Virus record (IMG/VR): IMGVR_UViG_3300044732_000442
Location: 32,001-96,000 of that record
Length of the DNA: 64,000 nucleotides
Strand: one strand, 5' to 3'
Source of the DNA: a virus
The translations under genes were made by a program, and so were the position numbers. Under the pieces are notes generated by a model. That model made no database searches. It had not been told where the DNA came from and was given only the letters and a program-made list of their open reading frames with translations. Each line of letters begins with the position of its first letter. Position 1 is the first letter of the stretch. This document shows, in pieces, positions 20,015-28,659 of this stretch.

Positions 20015-20938
20015 ATGAAAATCAAACAAATCACTGAAACTACAACCGCAGGCTCAATAGCTACTGTAAATTCACCATTAGGTGGCACTCAAAGTAGGGG
20101 AAATACTAGCATATATGGTGGCAAAAAAGTAGGAACTCTATTCAAGGGTAAAAAGACTAGTGTCCCATATGCTAATAGCATCAATGAAAGTGCTGAACTT
20201 AGTGAAGCACAACTAGAAGAAGATGATGTTATTGTCGTTCCGGGACAAGGTCGCAAATCAAAAACTGGATTTGTTCCACATGGACAAAGTCGTATAGACC
20301 ATGAAGTTGAGATGGCACGTAGTGATTTATTCAGTGCCGCAAAGAATGCTCAACAAGTCTATTCAATGATTAAAGATGTTAGTGAAGATGAAGGTCTTGA
20401 TGGTTGGGTACAAGAAAAGATTATTAAAGCTAATGACTATCTAAACACAATACGTGAATACTTAGAAGGTAAACAAATTCAAGGTGTGAATGAAGGACCC
20501 GAGTTTGGTTCAAAGTATGCAGAAAAATTAGCACAATATGTTTATAATGTTAGACCTAATCTTAATAGTGAAGATGATGTTTTAAACATAGGATATAAAG
20601 TTGCTGTACAAGATTTAGCCAGTCAAACACGTGCTGTATCGTTGTTTAGCAGAGATCAAGATTTCCCTAGTGACTTTGTAAGTGCTTATAGATTCTTACA
20701 AAAAAGACGAGGTGTAACAGAAAACAACCAAAGAGGTGATTCACTTGTTACTGACTCATTAAAAATAATGCGTGGTGCAGAAGTAAGTGATGCTGTAAGA
20801 GCACTAACGACCGTACTAGGAAATAGAGAATACAATAGCCGTCGTGGTTTTTACAATTTCTATATTAAACAAATGATTGATATGTATAGACAACAAGGTG
20901 TGAATGAAGGTTCTAAGTCACCTAATAAGAAAGCGTAA
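20015..20938 (+). CDS. Modular internal head protein (putative)
   Basis: ATG 20015 MKIKQITE after gaTAAATA; QGVNE linkers. Confidence 0.6.
   Translation: MKIKQITETTTAGSIATVNSPLGGTQSRGNTSIYGGKKVGTLFKGKKTSVPYANSINESAELSEAQLEEDDVIVVPGQGRKSKTGFVPHGQSRIDHEVEMARSDLFSAAKNAQQVYSMIKDVSEDEGLDGWVQEKIIKANDYLNTIREYLEGKQIQGVNEGPEFGSKYAEKLAQYVYNVRPNLNSEDDVLNIGYKVAVQDLASQTRAVSLFSRDQDFPSDFVSAYRFLQKRRGVTENNQRGDSLVTDSLKIMRGAEVSDAVRALTTVLGNREYNSRRGFYNFYIKQMIDMYRQQGVNEGSKSPNKKA
20480..20910 (+). repeat. 17-nt direct repeat caaggtgtgaatgaagg (20480-20496 and 20894-20910)
   Basis: Exact repeat encoding the QGVNEG linker. Confidence 0.85.
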
Positions 20939-20939
20939 T

Positions 20940-23741
20940 ATGAGCAATATTCTTAAAGGTATAATAAACGAAACTAGTCCGCATAATTACGATAGTGATT
21001 GGGATTATCAGGATGCTTTAGCACGTAGTGGCAAATCACGTTCTAGCTATCGTTCACAAGAAGATGATACGTCTGATGCTGATATTGCATATTCTAAAAA
21101 GATGTATCAATTGGGTCAACAACAGAAGGCTGCTAAAGAGAAAGCTCAACGTGATAATGACCATGATAGATTAGCAACTGGTACAAATGAAGATGATAGT
21201 AATCAAACTAGAATGAGAATGAATGATTATTACGATTTAGCTGAGGCTCTTCAGGAAAAGCTTAGACAAGCAATTAAGATGGGTAATAACGAACTTGTAC
21301 ATAAATTATCCAAAGAACGTGCTGAATTAGATGCACGTGTTAAAAAATATGGATTAATGCCTGAATCAGAACAATTAGATGAAATCTCTAATGAGAAATT
21401 GGCACAATACAAAACAGCTGCCGCCGCCGACGCAGGCAAAGCTGATAAAGAGGGAGACTTTAAGCGTGGTGATAAACGTTTCAGTGGTATTGTTAAAGCA
21501 ACTAAGAAACAATTTGCAAATGATACAAAGAAATCTGGTATAGGTCAAGGTATTTCAGAAGATAGATTTAACAGTAAACAAGAAGTTATTAACCATTTTG
21601 TTAAAAATGGTAAAAGTGCGGCAGCAGGTGCGGCAGCATGGGAACGTGGTTATAGAGGTTCAAATCCTAACAAACCAATAGAAATAAAAAAGCCACCTCA
21701 AAGAAGTTACCATGATGATTTAGATGATAAACGTTATTCTAATACGTTTGAAAATTTAGGTGATCAACTAAAATCACAATCTCTAGAAGCATTACAACAA
21801 ATCAAACAACAAATTGAACAAAAACGTGCCGACGAATTAGCTCAATGGGAACAAGATTTTAGAAATAATGTTGCTGGCAAAATGAGAAGCCAACCAATAC
21901 GTTCACCGGAAGCAACACCGGTTGCACAACCTGGTGAGAAGCATTCAGTATTAAAAGCTAGATTAGCACAACTCAATAATGCTATACAAAAACAAGAACT
22001 ATTGGACAAGTTAATTGATAAAATTGACCGTAAAGGTTTGTTGACTCCAGCAATGCAGAACGATGCTGATACTAGAATGCATGTTAAGTATGGTGCAAAA
22101 GATAACTATCAATCATTGAATAAAAAGTTAGACAATTCTATTTCAATGTTACAGGATAGATTGTATATACGTAAAAAATCAGGTTTAAAAGAATCGCCTA
22201 AGAGAATTGATTATGATAGTGATACATATGATAATACTAGAATGGGTAGAGAGTATGGCAAGGCTAATCTATTTGTAGATCCGGGGTCAAATGAATTTAA
22301 AAAAGAAATACATCCTGGAGATCCTGAAGGTGAACGTGGTAGACCAAGAAATCTAAAAGGTATTTCAAAAAGGTTACCTGCTGATGCGTTTGGTCGTACT
22401 AGCGGAGTTGTTCCTGATAGTGCAAGACCTAAATCAAAAGAAGATCCTTTTAAAGGAGTAGATGAAGCTGATATGAACCGTAGAGGGTTTTTAGGACAAG
22501 CAGGCAAGGCTGCAGGTGCTGGCGCATTGGCTGCCGCAGGCTTAGGTGGTGCTAGCAATGCTCAAGCATTTAAGGGAACACTTCCTGCTCCTCGTATATC
22601 TGAAGATGAGGCTGAAGCTCAAATTAAAGAATTAAGAAGTAAAGCATATAAAGAGTTAGCAAGTATGATGTGGAATGTATGGCCTAAAATACTAGACACA
22701 ACATTTGGCGCAAATACTCCTCAAGATAAGCCAGCTACACCCGATGAAATTGGTAAAATGTTAGGCTACAGATTAGCTGAATATGCTGATGACTATAGAC
22801 AAAAAGTTAGAGCAATTAAAATAGCAGCCGGAGTAAGAGATCCTCAAAGTTTAAATAAAACAACTGCCGCAATTTATGTTAATGAACAAGAGATGGATGA
22901 GGGTTGGAGTCAAAAGTACAAGAGTAGTATCAACTGTAGTCATCCTAAAGGTTTTAGTCAAAAAGCTCATTGTGCAGGCAAGAAGAAACACAATGAAAGT
23001 ATTGACAATGTTATGGAAATGACATGTCCTGATTGTGGTATGTGTGAAACTCACGTAGACCATGCTAAGTTAGATGAAGCTTGTTGGAAAGGTTATCACA
23101 AAGAAGGTAACAAAAAAATGTTTGGCAAAACATATCCTAACTGTGTAAAGAATACTAACGAAGAACAACTAGATGAAAAATGCTGGGACACACATAAACA
23201 AGTTGGAATGAAAAACAAAGGTGGACGTATGGTCCCTAACTGTGTGCCTAAAGAAAGTGTAGAAGAACAACATTCACATAGTGAAAGTTGTCCGCATTGT
23301 GGTGGCGAGATGGTTAGTGAAGAACTAATGAATGAAAAGAAAGATGCTTGCTACTACAAAGTAAAGAGCCGTTATAAAGTATGGCCAAGTGCTTATGCAT
23401 CTGGTGCGTTAGTTAAGTGCCGCAATAAAGGCGCAAGTAACTGGGGTACAGGCGGAAAGAAAAATGAAAGCTCTATACTAGAAGGTATTGAACAAGCAGA
23501 CGAAAGTTTACATGATTGGTTCAATAAAGAAAAATGGGTTCGCATGGATACTAAAGGAAAGATTAAAGGTCCGTGTGCAAGAGAACCAGGCGAAGGTAAA
23601 CCAAAATGTTTGCCACAAAGTAAAGCACATAGTCTAGGTAAAAAGGGTCGTGCTAGTGCCGCTCAACGTAAGCGTAGAGAAGATCCTAATCCAGAACGTA
23701 GTGGCAAAGCCATTAATGTTGATACAAAAAAGAAAGATTAA
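20940..23741 (+). CDS. Large mosaic polyprotein, putative head-packaged
   Basis: MSNILKGIINE start; many short modules bounded by LDE/GISE/GVDE; internal Tat-like signal; Cys-rich C-terminal modules. Confidence 0.65.
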   Translation: MSNILKGIINETSPHNYDSDWDYQDALARSGKSRSSYRSQEDDTSDADIAYSKKMYQLGQQQKAAKEKAQRDNDHDRLATGTNEDDSNQTRMRMNDYYDLAEALQEKLRQAIKMGNNELVHKLSKERAELDARVKKYGLMPESEQLDEISNEKLAQYKTAAAADAGKADKEGDFKRGDKRFSGIVKATKKQFANDTKKSGIGQGISEDRFNSKQEVINHFVKNGKSAAAGAAAWERGYRGSNPNKPIEIKKPPQRSYHDDLDDKRYSNTFENLGDQLKSQSLEALQQIKQQIEQKRADELAQWEQDFRNNVAGKMRSQPIRSPEATPVAQPGEKHSVLKARLAQLNNAIQKQELLDKLIDKIDRKGLLTPAMQNDADTRMHVKYGAKDNYQSLNKKLDNSISMLQDRLYIRKKSGLKESPKRIDYDSDTYDNTRMGREYGKANLFVDPGSNEFKKEIHPGDPEGERGRPRNLKGISKRLPADAFGRTSGVVPDSARPKSKEDPFKGVDEADMNRRGFLGQAGKAAGAGALAAAGLGGASNAQAFKGTLPAPRISEDEAEAQIKELRSKAYKELASMMWNVWPKILDTTFGANTPQDKPATPDEIGKMLGYRLAEYADDYRQKVRAIKIAAGVRDPQSLNKTTAAIYVNEQEMDEGWSQKYKSSINCSHPKGFSQKAHCAGKKKHNESIDNVMEMTCPDCGMCETHVDHAKLDEACWKGYHKEGNKKMFGKTYPNCVKNTNEEQLDEKCWDTHKQVGMKNKGGRMVPNCVPKESVEEQHSHSESCPHCGGEMVSEELMNEKKDACYYKVKSRYKVWPSAYASGALVKCRNKGASNWGTGGKKNESSILEGIEQADESLHDWFNKEKWVRMDTKGKIKGPCAREPGEGKPKCLPQSKAHSLGKKGRASAAQRKRREDPNPERSGKAINVDTKKKD

Positions 23742-23750
23742 AGAGTAATT

Positions 23751-24191
23751 ATGTTGTCAGACAATCTAAAAGTATTACTAGCAAGCACACAAAGTTTTGC
23801 TATCAAAACACAAAACTTTCATTGGAACGTAGAGGGAAGTAACTTTCCACAATATCACGAATTCTTTAATACATTGTACGAAGATGTAAGTGCTACGATT
23901 GATCCTATTGCTGAATATATAAGAATACTAGGTCACTATACTCCTGGCAGTCTAACACGTTATGCTGAACTAAGTATCATACAAGACCAAATAAAGATTC
24001 CACGTGCTGAATTAATGTTTGTTGAATCATTACAAGATTGTGAAACAATGCTTCAGTTAGTAACAGCAATGTTTGATGAGGCAGCTGGTGAGAATCAACA
24101 TGGTATTGAAAACTATATGGCTGAACTACAAGACTTGTATGGTAAGAAAGCATGGTTCATTCGTTCTATATTAAAAAGAGAACGTGAATGA
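23751..24191 (+). CDS. dps: Dps / ferritin-like DNA-protecting protein
   Basis: KTQNFHWNVEG...FPQYHEFF...DPIAEYIR...KKAWF. Confidence 0.9.
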   Translation: MLSDNLKVLLASTQSFAIKTQNFHWNVEGSNFPQYHEFFNTLYEDVSATIDPIAEYIRILGHYTPGSLTRYAELSIIQDQIKIPRAELMFVESLQDCETMLQLVTAMFDEAAGENQHGIENYMAELQDLYGKKAWFIRSILKRERE

Positions 24192-25066
24192 GAGCAACAG
24201 AGTTTATTACCGAACAAGCAAATCCTAAAGTAGATTTGACTCCAAATTATCCTAACTATCAAGTGTTAGTGGGTGAGTTTGTCGGTATGAAAAAAAACAG
24301 AGCAAGATTTTTAATTGTAGCCTCTGAACTTAAACCAGGTGTGCGAGAGACTGATAAAATTTTTAGAGCTAGAACTACTAATACACCTATCAGTATTGAG
24401 ATTGGTAGGGTAAAAAATCGTAATGTAGTAGATGAAGATTTATCACGTAGAGGCTTCTTAGGTGGTTTAGCTGGTATGGCTGCACTAGGTACTAGAGATA
24501 CAAAACCTACTGTTAATAAAGATACACCAACGGCACCACAAAAAGAACCTACTGTAACTACATTGAGTAACAATCCTCAAATTGAGAGTTTATTACATAA
24601 AGCCGCTGTAGCTGCCGGTATAGTTGGTATTGAATTAGCACAGTTTATGGCTCAAACTAAACATGAATCCTGGAATTTTAGTAGACTAAAAGAAAAGGGT
24701 GTAGGTCAAGGCTATTTTGCTAAAAAGTATGACCGTCAATATGCACCACGTACTGCTAAGATATTGGGTAATAAGCAGATAGGTGATGGAGAAAAATATC
24801 ATGGTCGTGGATTTATTCAATTGACCGGTCGTGATAACTATCGTATGGCTAGTCAAAGTTTAGGTATTGATTTATTAAATGATCCTGATTTAGCAGAACG
24901 ACCAGATGTTGCAGCCAAGATTGCTATATGGTATTGGAAGACACGTGTTAAACCCTATATAAATAACTTCAACGATACGAAGGCAGTAACACAAAAGATT
25001 AATCCAGCACTACGTGGATTACAAGATAGACATGCAAAGTTTATTGACTACAAAAACATATTATAA
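24188..25066 (+). CDS. GH19 lysozyme-like domain preceded by capsid-targeting start and internal Tat-like motif
   Basis: MRATEFITE; DE|DLSRRGFLGG; FMAQTKHES, YHGRGFIQLTGRDNY. Confidence 0.85.
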   Translation: MRATEFITEQANPKVDLTPNYPNYQVLVGEFVGMKKNRARFLIVASELKPGVRETDKIFRARTTNTPISIEIGRVKNRNVVDEDLSRRGFLGGLAGMAALGTRDTKPTVNKDTPTAPQKEPTVTTLSNNPQIESLLHKAAVAAGIVGIELAQFMAQTKHESWNFSRLKEKGVGQGYFAKKYDRQYAPRTAKILGNKQIGDGEKYHGRGFIQLTGRDNYRMASQSLGIDLLNDPDLAERPDVAAKIAIWYWKTRVKPYINNFNDTKAVTQKINPALRGLQDRHAKFIDYKNIL

Positions 25067-25074
25067 AGAGAACC

Positions 25075-25512
25075 ATGAAGAAAATAATAACAATCATACT
25101 ATTAGCAATATCTACTATTGCATTTGCACAAAAACAAAAGCCAATGAATGTATATGATTTTACAATCACTAGAGTTATTGATGGAGATACAGTAGCATTT
25201 CAAGCAACATTTTTACCCCCACCATTAAAGCAAGAATTAAGTATTCGTGTGTTTGGTGTTGACACACCTGAAAAGGGTCATAGAGCAATGTGCCCCAGTG
25301 AAGCACAGCGTGGCGAGGCTGCTTCGGCCTTCACAAAAAATGCCATAGCTAAAGCACAGAAACGTCAAGTAGCTATAGCTGATTGGGATAAGTATGGTGG
25401 ACGTGTATTGGGTGATATATTACTTGATGGACAAAGTTTAAGAATGATGTTAATACAGAATGGATTTGCAAGAGAATACTACGGAGAAGCTAAAACTTCT
25501 TGGTGCAACTAA
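25075..25512 (+). CDS. Thermonuclease (SNase-like) with Sec signal peptide
   Basis: MKKIITIILLAISTIAFA signal; RVIDGDT, IRVFGVDTPE, DKYGGRVLG. Confidence 0.88.
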   Translation: MKKIITIILLAISTIAFAQKQKPMNVYDFTITRVIDGDTVAFQATFLPPPLKQELSIRVFGVDTPEKGHRAMCPSEAQRGEAASAFTKNAIAKAQKRQVAIADWDKYGGRVLGDILLDGQSLRMMLIQNGFAREYYGEAKTSWCN

Positions 25513-25513
25513 C

Positions 25514-25597
25514 ACCCTTAGGACCGTAACTTAGTTACGAGGGTAGGCGGCTTCTGCCTTAAGCAATCCAATTCGCTACTGGACCTTATAAGTGAGC
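25514..25597 (+). ncRNA. Candidate structured RNA (three hairpins, possible pseudoknot)
   Basis: GC-rich intergenic segment: accct/agggt enclosing cgtaac/gttacg; aggcgg/ctgcct; taag..tcca/tgga..ctta. Confidence 0.5.
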
Positions 25598-25609
25598 ATA
25601 AATACTAAT

Positions 25610-26185
25610 ATGAGAGCAATAGAACTATACGAATCGGCCGCAAGTGAACTAGCTAAGAAACTTCCTAGCTTAGAGAAACACGACTATAATACCATTGATA
25701 AGCTAATGAAAAACATAGCAAAGAAACATCGTATAACCGGTGATGCATTGCATGATTTGTTTGTTAGAAAATATCATAAGACTCCAGACAGTTGGATTAA
25801 AGATAAACTAGATGAGAGTGAACAAGAAGATTTGAATAACAATCCTATTGTACAGAAGTTTCTTGCTTGGACAAGTAAGAAGTTGAATTTAGAAAATACT
25901 CCAAAGATAGAGTTTAGTTATGATAGTGATGAAGCACAAGAAGGTCATCATACTGGTAGACACAATCCAGAGACGGGTGAAGTATGGGTTTATTGTGCTA
26001 ATAGAAATCTAGTAGATATATTACGTACTGTGTTCCATGAATTAACTCATGTACGCCAGGGTGAATTAAATATGATTAAGCCGGGTGATAGTTATCCAGG
26101 TAGTCCAATAGAAGCAGAAGCGGATGTAATGGCTGGCAAATATATTAAAATATTTGGTAAAGCACATCCAGAAATATTTCAATAA
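25610..26185 (+). CDS. Putative head-packaged protein with HExxH zincin-like domain
   Basis: ATG 25610 MRAIELYE after caTAAATA; LDESEQE linker; VFHELTHVRQ...EAEA. Confidence 0.7.
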   Translation: MRAIELYESAASELAKKLPSLEKHDYNTIDKLMKNIAKKHRITGDALHDLFVRKYHKTPDSWIKDKLDESEQEDLNNNPIVQKFLAWTSKKLNLENTPKIEFSYDSDEAQEGHHTGRHNPETGEVWVYCANRNLVDILRTVFHELTHVRQGELNMIKPGDSYPGSPIEAEADVMAGKYIKIFGKAHPEIFQ

Positions 26186-26197
26186 AGAGAATAAAAT

Positions 26198-27202
26198 ATG
26201 TCAATATCAATAACAGGTGGAATATCATTTAGTGGTGGAGTAGGAATAACTGCCGCACCACCATCAACTCCAACAGCAGGATGGTTTGCAGGTGGGTCTG
26301 ACGATTCTGGTGTTACTTCAACAGTACAACGAATAACATATGCAACTGATACCGCTACTGCAAGTGTTCGTGGACCATTAAACGGCACCAGATATCAAAA
26401 TGCCGGTACCGGTAATTTAAATTATGGATGGTTTGCTGGTTCACGCATTACAGTTGCTATTAGCTCAGTATCAAGGATCACCTATGCAACAGATACTGAT
26501 ACAGCAAGTAATCGCGGCCCACTAAGTTATAGTGCTTATAGTATTACTGCGAACGGCACAGATACATATGGATGGTTTGCAGGTGGTAAGGATCAATCAC
26601 CTAGTGATTATTCTACAGTATCCAGAATAACATACGCAACTGATACTGGTACTGCAAGTACAAGGGGATCATTATCCGGTTGTTCATATCAAGGTGCAGC
26701 ATCTACTGACAGCACTACATATGGCTGGATTGCAGTAGGATTTGATAACCCTAGTACTATCGGATACCGTAGTATCGTAACTAGGATAACATATGCCACT
26801 GATACAGTAACATCAACTATTAGAGGTCCATTAAGTTCAACTAGATCATCAATGGCCGGTACTGGTAGTACAAGTTATGGTTGGTTTGCCGGTGGATTTT
26901 TCGTCGGCCCGCCGACATGGGAGGGAATTTATTATTCTAGGGTAGATCGTATTGATTATGCAAATGATACCGCTACAGCAAGTGTTCGTGGTCCGTTAAC
27001 TAGAACTAATCAAGGTCAAGCAGCATCAACCGATGGAACAACATATGGTTGGTTTGGTGGAGGAAATAATTTTTCAACTCCTGCCGGTCCTTTTTCTTCC
27101 GTAGACAGAATAACATATGCTACTGATACTGTTACTGCGACTGCACGTGGCCCGTTAAGTTCCGGTAGGAGGGTTTTTGCTGCCTCATCCGGTATACAAT
27201 AA
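26198..27202 (+). CDS. Repeat protein type A (six repeats), paralog of 17800..18732
   Basis: 6x GWFAG...RITYATDT...RGPL; same C-terminal SGIQ. Confidence 0.75.
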   Translation: MSISITGGISFSGGVGITAAPPSTPTAGWFAGGSDDSGVTSTVQRITYATDTATASVRGPLNGTRYQNAGTGNLNYGWFAGSRITVAISSVSRITYATDTDTASNRGPLSYSAYSITANGTDTYGWFAGGKDQSPSDYSTVSRITYATDTGTASTRGSLSGCSYQGAASTDSTTYGWIAVGFDNPSTIGYRSIVTRITYATDTVTSTIRGPLSSTRSSMAGTGSTSYGWFAGGFFVGPPTWEGIYYSRVDRIDYANDTATASVRGPLTRTNQGQAASTDGTTYGWFGGGNNFSTPAGPFSSVDRITYATDTVTATARGPLSSGRRVFAASSGIQ

Positions 27203-27217
27203 TATAAAGGTTAAAAA

Positions 27218-27715
27218 ATGTCAATAACAATAACAGGTGGAATAACATTAAATGGTGGTGGTTGGACTATTGAGGCACCACCGGCGGGTATTAGGGCTAT
27301 ATTTGGTTATGGAAATGATGGATCAGTAACATCAATAACTAATTTAGTATCAACTACTGGTGTTGTTGCCACAGATACCGCAGGGGTAGGGACTGCTAGA
27401 TATGGATTGGCAGCCGCAGGATATGGCACAGATAAAGCTATATTTGGATATGGATATGCCTCTCCAAGCGCACGTTCAATCACCAATCTAGTATCAAATA
27501 CAGGTGTTGTTGCTACTGATACAGCAGGTGTAGGTACTGCTAGATATCAAATAGCCGCCGCAGTGTATGGCACAGATAAGGCTATATTTGGTTATGGATA
27601 CGGGGTTTCTTGGACATCAATAACTAACCTAGTATCAAACACCGGTGTAGTAGCAACAGATACAACAGGTGTTGGCACTGCTAGAGCTGAAATTGCGGCA
27701 GCAGCCTACGGTTAA
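27218..27715 (+). CDS. Repeat protein type B (3 repeats)
   Basis: AIFGYG...TNLVSNTGVVATDTxGVGTAR...AAAxYG x3. Confidence 0.75.
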   Translation: MSITITGGITLNGGGWTIEAPPAGIRAIFGYGNDGSVTSITNLVSTTGVVATDTAGVGTARYGLAAAGYGTDKAIFGYGYASPSARSITNLVSNTGVVATDTAGVGTARYQIAAAVYGTDKAIFGYGYGVSWTSITNLVSNTGVVATDTTGVGTARAEIAAAAYG

Positions 27716-27737
27716 TTATACAATAAAGGTTTTATAA

Positions 27738-28397
27738 ATGTCAATAACAATAACAGGTGGAATAACATTAAATAATGGTGGTTGGACTATAGTTGCACCA
27801 CCCGCAGGTAATAAAGCTATCTTTGGATACGGGACTGATGGTATTTCTCTATTAGCAATGACCAATCTAGTATCAAACACTGGTGTAGTAGCCAATGATA
27901 CTACAGGTGTTGGTACTGCTAGATTATACTTAGCAGCCGCCGGCTATGGAACAGATAAAGCTATTTTTGGATATGGGGTTACATACTCTCCAGGTTTCAC
28001 TCCTTACTCAATTACCAATCTTGTATCAAATACAGGTGTTGTTGCTACTGATACAACAGGTGTTGGAACTGCTAGAGGAACATTAGCAGCCGCAACCTAT
28101 GGCACTGATAAAGCTATATTTGGATACGGGTATAACGGAAGTACTAATGTATCAACTACTAATCTAGTATCAAACACAGGTGTTGTTGCTAGTAATACTA
28201 CAGGTGTTGGAACTATTAGAGGAACATTAGCAGCCTCAGGTTATAGCACTGATAAAGCTATATTTGGATATGGATTTGCCAATAGTGGCATAGTGTCAAT
28301 GACTAACCTAGTATCAAACACAGGTGTTGTTGCTACTGATACTACAGGTGTTGGAACTGCTAGAGAGGAATTAGCGGCCGCAAGTTACGGATCTTAA
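27738..28397 (+). CDS. Repeat protein type B (4 repeats)
   Basis: Same repeat x4. Confidence 0.75.
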   Translation: MSITITGGITLNNGGWTIVAPPAGNKAIFGYGTDGISLLAMTNLVSNTGVVANDTTGVGTARLYLAAAGYGTDKAIFGYGVTYSPGFTPYSITNLVSNTGVVATDTTGVGTARGTLAAATYGTDKAIFGYGYNGSTNVSTTNLVSNTGVVASNTTGVGTIRGTLAASGYSTDKAIFGYGFANSGIVSMTNLVSNTGVVATDTTGVGTAREELAAASYGS

Positions 28398-28440
28398 CAT
28401 TATGATTAACATAAATACATTTATTATAAAGGAAAATAAA

Positions 28441-28656
28441 ATGATAGACTTAGAAAACATGCCTGCTCCAACAGCAGAGGAAATTGCACAAGCAAGAGAA
28501 AATGCATTTAATGCAGAACATCCAGCATCATGGACATGGGATGAGGCAGCAACTACATATGTTGCTCCAGTTGCTATTCCAAGTGATGGTTATCCATACT
28601 TATGGGATGAAGCTACAACTAATTGGGTACCATTTCCAGATTATCCAAGAGAATAA
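28441..28656 (+). CDS. Small Trp/Pro-rich protein, fibre-associated type
   Basis: ATG 28441 with aagga RBS and upstream caTAAATA; internal WDEA(A)TT duplication. Confidence 0.6.
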   Translation: MIDLENMPAPTAEEIAQARENAFNAEHPASWTWDEAATTYVAPVAIPSDGYPYLWDEATTNWVPFPDYPRE

Positions 28657-28659
28657 AGA

